From Flectonema sp. DT1601 (Eukaryota), in NCBI GenBank assembly GCA_964019425.1, contig OZ025781.1:1054001-1118000 (forward strand): DNA of 64,000 nt. Reading direction: 5' to 3'. A model generated the notes under the pieces. That model searched no databases. It was not told where the DNA came from and was given only the letters and a program-made list of their open reading frames with translations. Both the position numbers and the translations under genes were made by a program. Shown in pieces: positions 12,652-25,234 of the stretch (positions within the stretch are counted from its first letter, which is position 1; each line of letters starts with the position of its first letter).

Positions 12652-13255
12652 ATTTTTGAAGCAACTCACTAGGAAGGTTAATAAAATAAAAAAAATATTA
12701 AAACACTTCACTTAATAAGAACTAACAATGTATATAATTCTGCATATCGATTCAATTAAAACTGTTGATTGGGTAATAAAGAATAGTAACCACAATTTAA
12801 TAAAATGTAAGAAGAAAATTGCACTTTTTCAATGTCCAGTACGGTTGTAACTTCGAACTGTCTTCAAAAAATCGTATAAGGATATCACCAACGAGTGTAA
12901 ACAAAAAACTAACCAAAAAAAACATAAAGAAACTAGGCACGGGTATCAACTTGCATGTTTCTCTCCTTATTCAACGTTTTGACCAATACAGTGTAATAAT
13001 CGTAAGAAACAGCATCACCCAGTACCATAGAACAGAAAGACCAAGAGTATCGTGTAAGGAATCGTTGGCAAAAAAGAGAGGATTTCCGTTTTCCGAAGTA
13101 GTCTATTTTAAAGCCAAAGTGTGGCAGGTTACGTTTTGTACGACAGAATTTGTGTAAAACAAAAGCGGCAAATAGAAACACAAAAAAATAAATAAAATAA
13201 AATAAAAGAACATTAGATAGCCAATCAGAACTCCACAGCATCCCTTTCAGTAACG

Positions 13256-14071
13256 TTATTCATGACCTGTTCTCTTTCCACAACAAACATCGAAACCTGA
13301 TGTGAGAGATCCAAACATACGAACAGTCACTACTTGCAGCCAAGATGATGATTCTTCAGGTTCTTGTTTACTACGGCGCTGTCTGGGACGTACTCGTTTT
13401 TGACTATCTTCAGAAGAGTCAGATTCAACTCTGTTACTCTTCTTCCGTTTGTTTCTGGGTCCTGTTCCCCAAGCAGAAGGTTGTGAGAAGTCTATTATCT
13501 TCGACTTTTTCTTACGAGCATTTGAAAGTGCTTCCATCTTAGCCGCAGCTACTTCTTCTTCGCGGACCATGTTGTCCATTGCTTCACGTTGCTTTTTCAT
13601 GAGGCCGACGATTTCGTGGGTTCGAGGATGGTCAATTTTTTGTACAGTCTGCCGTGCTAAAATGCAAGCAATCCTTTCTGGGTTGGTGACAGTAAAACTT
13701 CCTGAACTCTCCTCCCAAAAGAAACCTTCGAGGCATTTTCGTTGACGGGTGATAAAAATTGATTCTATGACGAATTTTCGAATGTACTTACCTCGGCCAC
13801 CAGATACCTCAATTGCTCGTTCCTCATGAAGGATGTCGTCTTTCGGATGTTTAGTTAACATACTTGTGTCACCTCCTTTTGAACAAACATCTAAACTGGG
13901 TAACCAGACTTCGATAACATCACCATCACCGTATGTAATGTCACTATGGTCAACCATTTGATATTCGTGGGTGATATCTCTCCATACTCCATCTTTCTTT
14001 ACTCGTCTACCTGTCTTGTCAAATTGCACTTCCATCCCCAGCCTCCGAAATGTTGATTTTACCTCGCACAT
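13256..14071 (-). CDS. Hypothetical protein (271 aa) with basic/coiled C-terminal region
   Basis: Long ATG-initiated ORF on the cluster strand. No family recognised. Confidence 0.7.
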   Translation of the reverse strand: MCEVKSTFRRLGMEVQFDKTGRRVKKDGVWRDITHEYQMVDHSDITYGDGDVIEVWLPSLDVCSKGGDTSMLTKHPKDDILHEERAIEVSGGRGKYIRKFVIESIFITRQRKCLEGFFWEESSGSFTVTNPERIACILARQTVQKIDHPRTHEIVGLMKKQREAMDNMVREEEVAAAKMEALSNARKKKSKIIDFSQPSAWGTGPRNKRKKSNRVESDSSEDSQKRVRPRQRRSKQEPEESSSWLQVVTVRMFGSLTSGFDVCCGKRTGHE

Positions 14072-15067
14072 ATTTTGTAAGAAGCTGTTAAATAGTAATG
14101 TTGTGTTAACAGATTTTTTTTAGTAAAAATTTTTTTTTTAAATAAAGTTTTTGGTATACCTTGGACCTATGTTATTATTTTTTTTTTTTTTTTTTTCTTA
14201 CAGGTAAAAAGCTTTCACGCGATTCACTGGCGACGAGTTACCCTCCTCCCTCCCCCTCTCTCCCTTTTTTTTCTTTTTTACCTATATCTAAATATGTACT
14301 ATTCTTTTATTAGAACAGTATCAATACTTTGTCTCATTTCTTGCCGAGGAATCCAACGGAAGAAAACAATAATAAAAAAAATAAAAAAAAACAGAATACG
14401 TAAAAGTATATGACAGATGAAAAACGTCGTAGTTTTTCGAATTGAAATATGAGGTAGTCCTAAAGAGAAGAGACAGAGCTGAGTTGATGTTACAACTTTC
14501 TCTTAGAAAGGACAGCATGATCTAACTGCCTTTTTTTGGATCAAGTTACCTATTTCACACTTAGTCTAATGTGAATAGTAATAAAGGGGGAAGAAGTAAT
14601 AAACGGAAAAGCATCGAAAAAAAAAATATAATATTTTGTATTATTCTCGGATACTAAAAAAAATAAAAAAAATAAAAACTCGATCAATAGACTTTGATGG
14701 TAGATAGTTGTTGTCTTAAAGAAAAGAATGAAATGGAAAAAAAAAAAAAAAAAAAAAAAAACAAGAACAAGCACACGCGTTTTTTAACAGAAAATAACTA
14801 TCAACATATAGACCCGCCAAACGGGTAAGACGAGTTTTAAAAAAATAATTTTAAGTTGGTTAATTTTTTTTTTGTTAACCATTTTCGCAAATTCTACTGC
14901 AAGAAGAACCCCACCTGATTGTTAAAGTGTCTCTGAGTAGTCAGTAAAACTCTACATGACTACATCACTCTTTTGTGCTATTTAATATTAAAATGCTACT
15001 CGCAGTTACCCTTCACAACACTAGTCAATGAATTACAGATGAACACACAGAGATGTTAATTAATCGC

Positions 15068-16243
15068 TCAGTTCAGGTTTTTAAGACCCGCTGTGCTATA
15101 CACAAACCTATCCACACTCCCGACTATCATGTTACTGACAATGACAACGAAGATGCAGAGAATTCCGTACCTGTGGGTGATGGTTTTTTTTAAGGTATAT
15201 CTTAGGTATTGCAGTAGGTGACAGAAAAAATAAAAAATAAAAAATACATACCACGACGTCGCTACTCTCAAAGTAAAAAATAAACACAAAACCCAGTAAC
15301 AAACACACACTACGTATTGTAACTTTAAGGAAATAGGTTGTTGACGCTTCTCTGAAAATGAATATTTGTTGCTGTAAAAATGCTTCAGTTTTTGTTCTTT
15401 GTGAGCAAATCGGGAGTCAAGCCAGGTAGCGAACTTATCAGCGTCTGTAGGGATGTCAGAGAGAGGGTACTTGTTTACTAAAATGTGTACTTCTTGTGGA
15501 TAGTATCCTTTCGCTAACATCATTTCACTCGGTCGTTCACCTTCTACTCTATCTTTGTATCCCATAGTTAAATCCCACAGAGTATCTGTGTTATTTCTCA
15601 TTTTCGATAACAAGTAATGGGTTCCTTTACTTCTCGGGTTCAAGACGTATTCAAATTTTTCTTTCCCGTTTTTTTCGGCAAAGTCATGCGCTCGTTTAAT
15701 GTTCTTGATACTGAGGTCAGTTCCCTCAGGGAATATCAAGCAACAAGTTGGATCACTAGTCTGATCGTAATATTGTGAAAGTAGTTTTATCTCTCCCTGA
15801 TCATCTTCCCACTTTCTTGATAGGAATATAAATCTAAAGTACGACATCGCCCATCCAAACAACGGAAGCTTTTTCAAATCTTCTTTTAGAATAATTTTCA
15901 GTATTCCAAGCTTGTTTCCTGCACATCTAATAAAAAAACTCCACAGAACCATCCAGTCAATACGAGTTCGGTGGTTACAAATAACGAATGGAATACTCTT
16001 ACCAGTAACTGCATCAGCTATGTCATCTCCGTATATGTGGATCTTTATACCTCCTATAAGCTCAAGTTGCATTGTTACAAGTATAAACCATTGAGTTTTT
16101 ACAGTATCAACCCACCAGTGAAACAGTCCTCTTGACCATGGGAATAACAGTAGTGGCAACGCTAAAGGGCATAACAATAAAGCTCCAATAGTAGCCCCAG
16201 CAAGCACCGGTAAGAGGACTGCTGCTGCGCGGATATAACCCAT
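15068..16243 (-). CDS. Lysophospholipid acyltransferase (AGPAT3-5/LCLAT1-like, PlsC fold); exons 16243-15252, 15170-15068 (~364 aa)
   Basis: NHRTRIDW (HX4D), FIFLSRKW and IFPEGT motifs plus an N-terminal hydrophobic segment. An 81-nt in-frame GTATG..CAG intron lies at 15171-15251. Confidence 0.92.
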   Translation of the reverse strand: MGYIRAAAVLLPVLAGATIGALLLCPLALPLLLFPWSRGLFHWWVDTVKTQWFILVTMQLELIGGIKIHIYGDDIADAVTGKSIPFVICNHRTRIDWMVLWSFFIRCAGNKLGILKIILKEDLKKLPLFGWAMSYFRFIFLSRKWEDDQGEIKLLSQYYDQTSDPTCCLIFPEGTDLSIKNIKRAHDFAEKNGKEKFEYVLNPRSKGTHYLLSKMRNNTDTLWDLTMGYKDRVEGERPSEMMLAKGYYPQEVHILVNKYPLSDIPTDADKFATWLDSRFAHKEQKLKHFYSNKYSFSEKRQQPISLKLQYVVCVCYWVLCLFFTLRVATSWYVFFIFYFFCHLLQYLRYTLKKTITHRYGILCIFVVIVSNMIVGSVDRFVYSTAGLKNLN

Positions 16244-16692
16244 CTTATTATGTGCTGGTTGATGTTAGTTTAAACGTATTATTCCATCTCTGGGAGTGAA
16301 TATTATTTTCTTGCTCATGCTTGTGTACTGTTATAGAGGCCAATAGACAATTAATTTAAATATTCCTATATCTTTCGATGGGACTTGGATAAATAAAATT
16401 AAAGGGTTAACACGCAACAAATTAGACATGAATCATTATAACTGGATTCTGTCCACACAAAATCGCATGCTTTAAATAAACTACCAGAGAAAGAAATGCT
16501 GTCAAGTCAAATTAACCCGGGGACCACGCACTACAGGTTGAGCATCCCATGCCCTGCAGGTCGTTACAGCTTGAAAACATTAATGCATTAATGGGTAACC
16601 AATAAAAATTATGTGTAGGTGTAGGGGGTGGGGTTATCAATAACCAACGCGTAAGCGTGATTTTCTGCGATTTCAGAAGGAATATCGTCATG

Positions 16693-18396
16693 TCAACTAA
16701 CTATACTAATTGGATCTTGAATGTTGTCCAATTCCGGATGCGAAGATCGTAATTCCGCAGCTTTCCCTCGTAGCTCGTCATCAACGGTCTCTGATAATAT
16801 TAAAGCTTCTACAGTTGAGTTGAACATCGTCCACTTACCAACACCATTCCCCTCCAGTTGGTACATCCATTCCTCAATCCCAGCTTCGTTATTTTGAAAA
16901 AACTCATACATAAGATGAACTTTCTCCTCATGAAGAACTCCCCTGGGAACAACACGACACTCAACTGTGTGCTTTAGCTGACGATAAAGGCCGCTATCAC
17001 CCAGCATTGTGATTCCCAACATTTGACCAGCCCGTTCTATGGCGCTGACTAAAGGAGGCAGTTTCCCGATGACACTAAATCGCATCATATTCTCACAACC
17101 AAGATCACCACACGCCAGTGTTCCAGAACCCATCCCGAGGTTCAATTGCAACCCGTGATTCGCAAGATCCTGGAAAGGATACAGAAAGGTTTCAGAATTA
17201 CTAATGAGTGCGTTTGCGGAATCAATGCAAGACGTGGGGTGCCCCAGGTGAACTCTGGTGGCACCGAAACTCGCAAAGACACGATCGCCGATAAACAAAT
17301 CGAGTGTGCCTCTGTGCTGACCAACAATATCATAAGAAGCAGCAACAAGACTGGAGATCAGTTTCTCAAAGGAATTCAGAGAGTGCTGCAACACTAATCT
17401 CGAATTACGAATGTTGACCACTAACAACGAGACACCCATGCGATCGAAGATTCGCTTCCTTCCCTTCGTAGGTGTTTCTGCCACAGAAGTAGATAACGTT
17501 GTGTAAGATGACTCCGTCCTAGATTGTGTTGTTTCACCGAAATCAATAATCTCAGGTGGTAAACAAGAGTGAGGCAGGTACGGTTTGTACGATCTCAGAT
17601 TCCTTAAAATTTCATTAAAAGCGATTCTCAACCCCACAGGAATATTATTATCATCCAACAGTCTCTCAGCTCCATCCAGATCGAATCGAGACAGGGAGGT
17701 TGCGATGAGATTAGCGGCATCGACCGACGCTATAATTCGATTTCTCTCTAACAAGACAGAAACAGCGAATCCACGAGTAGCAAGAAAATCCAAAATAAAG
17801 ACACCTGCCTGACTAAGGAATGAAGAAAAACTTGTGGCGAATCCTTGCTCACATGGAGCGATCTCACAGCTACAAATATCACGTCGGACTTCTTGTGAAT
17901 TTTCTAGGAAAGCCATATCAAAGAGACCAAAGCGGAATGCAGATTCTGATGCTGCAATGGAAAGCCACACTACACAAATACATACTAAAATGAAAGAACT
18001 TCTGTGAGGTACTTCTAATACCAAAAGGATATCGACAAGGATAACAAAGTATGGCCAGATAGGTGTTAGTAGTTTTGTTCTTGCGTGCAAGTCAATTGAC
18101 ATAATAACCAAAGTCATCGAATAACAGGTATACTCAATGAAGGCGTCTGTTGCTTGAGCTTTGAAAACTACTAACCTGATTAATACGATTATCGAAACAA
18201 CAGCTCCGAACGCAAATACTGAAAAAACATAAACCAAGTTAGTGCGAAACATTATCAGAATGAGACTAAATTGAAAAGCCATTACAGAAAATACAATAAT
18301 AAGCATCGTCTTTCTCTTTACTTGGAGTGGTGTGTCATCCTCGTCAATAGCCCTGTCGAGACAACATTTGCAGAGCAGTTTGAACACATTTTTCAT
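16693..18396 (-). CDS. Multi-pass membrane protein with divergent class III nucleotide-cyclase-like domain
   Basis: Several N-terminal hydrophobic helices, then NLRSYKPYLP, SLLVVNIRNS, DLFIGDRVFASFG, CGDLGCENMMRFSVIG and a C-terminal EEWMYQL. A clean pyrimidine-tract CAG acceptor lies at 18404. Confidence 0.8.
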   Translation of the reverse strand: MKNVFKLLCKCCLDRAIDEDDTPLQVKRKTMLIIVFSVMAFQFSLILIMFRTNLVYVFSVFAFGAVVSIIVLIRLVVFKAQATDAFIEYTCYSMTLVIMSIDLHARTKLLTPIWPYFVILVDILLVLEVPHRSSFILVCICVVWLSIAASESAFRFGLFDMAFLENSQEVRRDICSCEIAPCEQGFATSFSSFLSQAGVFILDFLATRGFAVSVLLERNRIIASVDAANLIATSLSRFDLDGAERLLDDNNIPVGLRIAFNEILRNLRSYKPYLPHSCLPPEIIDFGETTQSRTESSYTTLSTSVAETPTKGRKRIFDRMGVSLLVVNIRNSRLVLQHSLNSFEKLISSLVAASYDIVGQHRGTLDLFIGDRVFASFGATRVHLGHPTSCIDSANALISNSETFLYPFQDLANHGLQLNLGMGSGTLACGDLGCENMMRFSVIGKLPPLVSAIERAGQMLGITMLGDSGLYRQLKHTVECRVVPRGVLHEEKVHLMYEFFQNNEAGIEEWMYQLEGNGVGKWTMFNSTVEALILSETVDDELRGKAAELRSSHPELDNIQDPISIVS

Positions 18397-18403
18397 TTTA
18401 AAA

Positions 18404-18430
18404 CTGGAAAAGGAAAAAAAAAATTAATTT
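18404..18430 (-). promoter_or_regulatory. Putative SL trans-splice acceptor (TTAAT + polypyrimidine tract + CAG) of the cyclase-like gene
   Basis: Minus strand reads aaattaatttttttttccttttcCAG|ttttaaaATG. Similar signals occur at 10435, 12669, 32201, 46824, 49243 and 52462. Confidence 0.6.
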
Positions 18431-18942
18431 TACGAACTATTGTTTGCTACGGAATACTTTTTCTTTCCCCAGAGATTTGGTGACACCACAATAAAGTGTC
18501 AACTTTCGAGGTATCGATGCTTGTTTTGTTGACACGTCATGAGCGGTGCCGTACAAGTGATTCAGAAATAATAAACAGCAACAACAGAAAATACAACAAT
18601 TGATGAGCCTTCTCTTTATTTGAAGCAGAGACTCGTTCTTGATTGATGACGTTAGAACTGAACCATTTTTTGAAAGTTTTTCCCACTATTGATACCTTTT
18701 GCTGCGTAACGACAACTCTTTTTCCTTTATTTGAGCTGCCGAAAGAGAAATGTAATAAGAAAAGTAATACGAAAAATATCAACAGTTGCTTGTGCAAAAT
18801 CAGATAGTGGCTCATGTAGGTTAGGCTGAGCTGGGATAAGACTCGAGGGGTTGTTAGTCACTGAGAGAACAACAAAAACAAGTCAATAGAAAATAATACA
18901 AACAAATACGAAGAACAACCTCTAGAATTGTGATCATCATCA

Positions 18943-20141
18943 TCAGTTTATACATTGTTCGCGGAATGTTAAATTGATACGCCCTGGCGTCATCTTTAAT
19001 CCTTTTGGCATTGTTCCTGAATACACTCTTGGTACAGCGTGTAGTACATTTCTCATCGGTCCTCCGAATATTAAAACATCTCCAGAATTCAAAACTACAT
19101 TATTCTCTGAATCGGTTGATTCCATCTTCCATGCGAAGTCACAGGAACATCCGATTGAGAATGAGACAACTGGAAGACCACGTTCAACAGCGTACCTTGT
19201 TATATTTGTTTTTTGTTATTTTTGTTACGTGACATTCTAAAGGACTTAAGGAAAAAGAAAGCATACCTGTCAGCCGTACTATTGTCTCGATGCCAATATA
19301 TTCCCGCATTATCTGGAGTGTAGTTATTCATCAAAACAATGTTTGGATTAAGTTCAGGTAAGGCGTCGCACTCTGCCCTGGCCTTTTCCAGATAACTCAA
19401 ACAGAGAGTTCGGTACTGTTGAGGGAAATGTTTGAGTTCTTCAGTTGTAGCACCCCATGTTTCTCCAGTATTGAATATTCGATCGCCGTTACTCTTTACA
19501 GTATACCTGTTTGTAAAGAATGGATTTGTTTTTTTCATCATCACAACTAGAAAACTATTACGACACATACCAACCACCAGATAGATTGTTCGTTGGAGTC
19601 GCTAGTGCCGTAGTGACGTCTGCAAAGTGTTGTTGAACTTCAAGAGGGATAACATTCTTCATAACAACAAGCCCAGGTCTTACAACATCAATACTTCTAT
19701 TTGAAGGTAGCGCAAGTGATACAGCTCCTCCCCATGAAGAAGGTCCGCTAACACTCGGTTTCGCCTTCGGTTTTGATACACAACCTCCTTGCAGACGAGA
19801 CTTCTTTTTCTTTTTTTGATCTTTCGGTGCCTCATCTACAAACTGAGGAAGCTGCACTTCCAGTGAAGCAACCTGTTGTTTTTTTTATTAATTTATTGTA
19901 CACCCAACGTGCTTTATTAAGTTTACAACACACAACAATCACATACCTGTTCTCTTCGACTGGCATTAAGCTCCGCAGACATAGGAATCCATTTATCAGT
20001 CATTAATTGTTTCATTTCATCTTTTGTTAATCCCATACAGTCATTAGCACAACAATTCAAAATATAAGAACTACATTCAGGAAAGACATTTCCTAAAAAA
20101 GTCCTCCTCTGGAAAGTTCGGAGGGAGCGTTCATCATTCAT
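18943..20141 (-). CDS. AlkB-family 2OG-Fe(II) dioxygenase; exons 20141-19947, 19872-19571, 19506-19267, 19195-18943 (~329 aa)
   Basis: Three GTATG introns join in phase. Motifs NNY..GIYWHRD (HxD), PVVSFSIG, LNSGDVLIFGG, LHAV and RINLTFR are present. Confidence 0.92.
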
Positions 20142-20456
20142 GTAGATAACTTGAAACAGGAATTAAAATATTGCGAGGTAACACATCTCATACTGTAGGG
20201 TGAATAAAAAGCGTAATGTTTGACTTCCACTCATGCATAACAAACATGAAGCCAATGAAGGCACGATCAATAAAGCAGGTGCGGAGGCTTCGCTACTCGC
20301 AACCAACTTGAAATACTCTAAACGGAGGGACAAAACAGAAAATATATATCGAAGGCAGGATACCAACCAATGAAAAATAATAAAAAGTTTAATACAATAG
20401 TACAGTAGGCGAGTTAGTAGTTAACCCCTCTATTTGAGAGGTAGTTTTAGGTTTGT

Positions 20457-23400
20457 TTACATTGAGCTCTTTGGATGAGAGAAGAAAGAAGATCCTTCAT
20501 AATCATGTTCATAATGACTGTCGTGGGAGACGTTATCACCCCAAAGAGATTCAACTGCTCCAGGGCGGAAAATGTTGCTCAACATGTCTCGGAATTCCTC
20601 AGCGTAATGGATGTTGCCTTCATTACCAGTCATGAATTCACGATTATCACCAATGTCAACTAGTCCGTAATAAAATATTTCCGTGTGCTCAGGACCTGCC
20701 GCAGAGTACTCGGTGTGACTAACGTTGTCTCCAGAAGTCATTAACCTACCAGGCATACCTCCAAAGAAGTATTGGTATTTCGTTCTGAAAGGACCTCCAG
20801 TTGGGTTTAGAGGAACTCCACTTCGTTTTTTGAGAAGTTTTCGACTTAGCGGGTGTCGGATATCAAAAGGATCAGCAACATCGTCACTATCGTGAGTGTC
20901 ATCACTGTCTTGACTTCCTTCTCCGTAAGGCTCTCCTTCAGTTACATTATTATTATAAATTAAGTCAGGGTCATCTAATCGGAGTATTCCTCCAGGTGGT
21001 GGTCTGCGTCTTCGTAAGTTTGCTAAGATGGGATCGTCTAGGTTACCAACAGACTTTAAAACTCTCTTTCGGATTCCACAAGAAGTACAATAATCCATCA
21101 CAGCGAGACCTTCACTATCTCGTTGTGGGACACCTTCAGGGCGAGGGTTCATTTTGTATGCGACTCTCCAAGTTGCTTCACATCGACGGCATCGCCAGCT
21201 TTCATCTTCAGGAGGAAGTTTGACTGCGAGCGAGTCCTCGTCTGGGTACTTTGGAACTGCCAATATCATTCCTTCCTGAAGACCATCTTCCTCAGCGTCT
21301 GATGACGCATAAGTAGAATTATCTTCTGCTTCTGAGGGTTTTGAATTTTTGCTGCTATTGCTGCCGGGACCCTTTTTCTTCTTTTTTTTCTTCTTCTTCT
21401 TCTTGGTTTCATCATCGACGGAATCGCTCGCACCCTTTTTCTTGTTTTTGCCCCTTTTTTTTTTAGTATTTTCGTCAGCGTTGTCAGAAGTCACTGATTT
21501 ATTACTAGAATCGTCTTCCCCCTTCTTCTTCTTTTTCTTCTTTTTTTTTTTCCCTTCGGGTGATGTCGTTTCGCTTGATTTCTTAGAGCCTTTTGAAGAG
21601 TGAGAACTTGAAGAGTCTATGATCGACCCATCAAGAGGAAGTTCTTGTTCGCTTTCTCGGTCGGGTGTTGGTTCTTTGAAAATCGCTTCTGCATCAAGCC
21701 ATTGCTTTTGTCTTTCTGTTCGATCAGCTTTTTCAGGAAGCGGTAGGAAGTGTCTTCGTGATAGAATCGGATCTGGTTGCCTTGCTATTTTATACGACTC
21801 TAAAACTTTCTTCGCATCATATGATGGATTCCCTAGAAACTGAGCAGCATTTCTCTGAAGACGGATGTCAGCTCCTCGACGAGGTGATCCTTGATGTTCA
21901 TCAATAACGGTATGCATACCTGTTAAGAGATTGTGTGTTGAGGTGTTGTAACTAAAAGTAACTTAATGAAGTACAACATACCTACAACTAATTTGTAATC
22001 AGTGTGTCCAAATGATTCCAACGCGTCAATGTCTGAAAGTATTTGACCTATAACGCCTAGCTCAGCGCGAGTTCCCATTTTCAACCATCGATTTCCCCAA
22101 ACCTCATGAACGGTACTCGGATGAAAGGTGTAAATGTGATTTAGTTCTTTGTGTGGTACAGGAAACATATTAGCAATGACTGAAAAGTGAACACGCTGAC
22201 CATTCCATTCAATATTATGAAGTCCCACGTATCGAGTTATGAACGAGTTGCTGCCGATCTTCGAATCTAAATATCGGTAGTAACTGTGTTGATGTGTTGA
22301 TGATTTTTTTATTATTCATTTTGTGAATAAGTCCAAACAAATCAAAACATACCTCGGAAGCATTGCCATAATCGCGTCAAGTTTTTCTGGTGCTATTCCG
22401 TGTATTATATACTTATCATCGTGAGTCGCGAACCACAGTGATCCAGGCTTCTTCTCAGTGAGACAGCGAAGGTGGCCTGTCAGCAGTCCGGTTCGAAGTG
22501 ATGTAATACCTACAGAATGCATATATTCTTCCTCCTGGTTGTATGTTTTTTTTTGTTTTGTTATTTCAAAAAAAGAATGTGCAGAAGTATATTATTTTAT
22601 GTGCAAACCTTTATTCCCATGAGTTTCCTGATCTCAGCAAAAACACCAGGTGCGTAATCCCCAAACACACGAGGTGGTTTGCTGGTAATTCCTTTCTTAG
22701 CTCCCGCTGATGGTCGGCTGAGAGAAGTTTTTTCTTCTTGAATTTCAAAAATAACATCAGCAGTACCAGAAGCTTGCCAATCATGAATTGCTCCTGCTAG
22801 TTGACGCATATCCGTAACAGGGTATTCATTTAAAGATAAAACAACTGAATGAATTGGGATGCCTGACGTATCACCGGGAGAGCCAGGTACGATGTTCTTA
22901 ATTGTTATTTGTGGTTTTTTACCAGTACCTTGAGTCTCCGCAAACTCAATACCAAAGTCTCTACCTGGAGGTACGATCACTTTGTACCTCTTCTTGCCAG
23001 AAGGGATTAGAATCGCATTTTCGAATGGTATGGCGCAGAGGGTATCATCGTCGACATCTTCAAACTGTACCTGAAGAGCACTGATTTCACGACCAATCAC
23101 GATGGCTGTTTTGCCATTATAGTGACTCTCATCTCCTGTCATATTTTCAATTAAAACTCGAGACCCAGATTGAATTTCTTCGCGTTGTGATGCCCCCGGT
23201 TCCAACAGAGGTTCGTCATTTTCAGGTAACTCTTTAACCGGATCCTTTTCTTTACCCTTTTCTTTATCTTTATCTTTTTCTTTATCCTTGTCTTTGTCCT
23301 TATCCTTGTCTTTATCCTTGTCCTTATCCTTTTCCTTGTCATCCTCAGCGTCTTTGCTTTTGTCTGCGGGTGCGGGTGCGGGGCTATTGTTTCCCAGCTG

Positions 23401-25201
23401 TCCAACGATCATTGGGGCATCAAGAGGATCCAACACACAAAATGTCAGTACTTTGTTTCCACTTTTCCTCCACGAGACGAGATAATGATCAAGAGTTGCC
23501 TTATCAACGATTCGATAACCGTCAACTGATTCTACTAACTGTCCTGGTTTGAGTCCAAATCGCTGTGCTGGTGAACCAGGTTTCACACCCGACAAATGAT
23601 TAATACCATCCTTTCTTCTTTGAATTGCAATCCCAACAAGTCCTCCGGGTGGGAGTTGAACTTGAATATGTTTTCGTTCAGTTTTCTCAAGAATCTTTAA
23701 GTTATCACCTTTAATTTTAAAAGCAGCATTATGCTTATTTAGGTAAACCATAAGACATTCATCTTCCACATCGAATCCAGTAACCAGCCCTTGTAGACCA
23801 AGGAATTCTGTACCAGAAACCAAACTATGAACTTCAACTTTAGATCCGAGTGGGAATCCTTGAGCCCATGGAGGCGTTGGTCCTCGTTGTCCCCATTCAC
23901 CTTCACCGGGTTCTAGGTGAAGTAATTCTGTCTCAAGATCGTACGTTAACATAACTACAAAAGGATCACCTGGTAATCCTTTTACTTTAGGACTTTTAGT
24001 AACCGCCAGTTCAATTCCCCGTTGTAGCGCACATGCAAGTGAAAAGTGCGGATGTCCCATCGCAATAAACCGCTGTCCAGGTTGACGAGAATGTTTTGTT
24101 GCCCATTCATCGTGTGGTGATAATTTTAGATTTTTAAAGGCGTTGATGGCTGTGCCGTTTGTTAGCACTCCTGTTTGAAGTTGTTAAAAATGATAAAAAA
24201 AATACTCCCCCTTGATAAAGTGAGATCCGATATCAAAAAAAAAAAAAAAAACATAATTTCAACACATACCACTACAAAACTCAGAGAATGAAAGGAAACC
24301 GTCACCATTTGCATCGAAAGTTTCAAACAGCCACCTGACCATATCTCTAAATGTGTATCCTCTTCTTATAATTGGTTCAAGTGGTTGAGATCCGATTGAA
24401 AGAATCCAAATAAATTCTCGATACTCAAGCCAACCTTGTTTTTGATAGTCGAATAACCTGAATAACACATCAGCTTTGTCTTGAATTGACCCACAAGCAA
24501 GTGTTCTCATTACTCTGATAAAGCGAGTATATGGAACAATCTGTTGCTCGGTGTCTAAGAAGAAATCAACAAACATATCAACTAAGTCGCTATCATCATC
24601 GATATACGCAAGAGATTCTGAAATATCCTACGTTGGGTTGGAGTTGATGCAAACTGATATTACAAACAGGTATTAAGAAATAAAACATACCTCTTCAGTA
24701 ATTAACCCATAACCATGCCTGTCAAGCTGCCTAAAATGAAATGTAATCGTTGACAAATCAACATTATCAAGCAATGGGAATACCTCTCCAATATTGTAAT
24801 TGCGATTATGAGATTGTGCCCAAGACAGTGTAAGTTCATGAAGACAACGTTCAAAGACAAGGTCAGATTCAAATCCACTTAAGATGAAAGCATTAAAGAC
24901 ACTGTTTAGTATTATTTATCATCTGATTGTACTTTGCAAAAAAAAAAAAACAATTTTTAACCAACATACTTGTTAGTACCACCAACATATGAAATACGAA
25001 TGGCAGGTATAGAATCGTTATCTTCAGTGATAGCGTATTCCACTACTGATAGAATCCCTTTATAATCAATTAGTCGTGGAAGTGGCGATTGATTACCAGC
25101 AAAACAAACTGACGACGCTAAAATATAAACAGACATCTCACCTTCAACCGCTTTAATAACGCCCATGTCGTATTTTCCTGGGTTTTTTTTTTGGTGTTGG
25201 T

Positions 25202-25234
<33 letters not shown>

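Noticed and set aside
16510..16660. Cluster of palindromes (CATTAATGCATTAATG at 16578-16593, CCCGGG, CCTGCAGG, ACGCGT)
   Set aside because: No vector or element context and no second copy. Compatible with chance in a 3' UTR.
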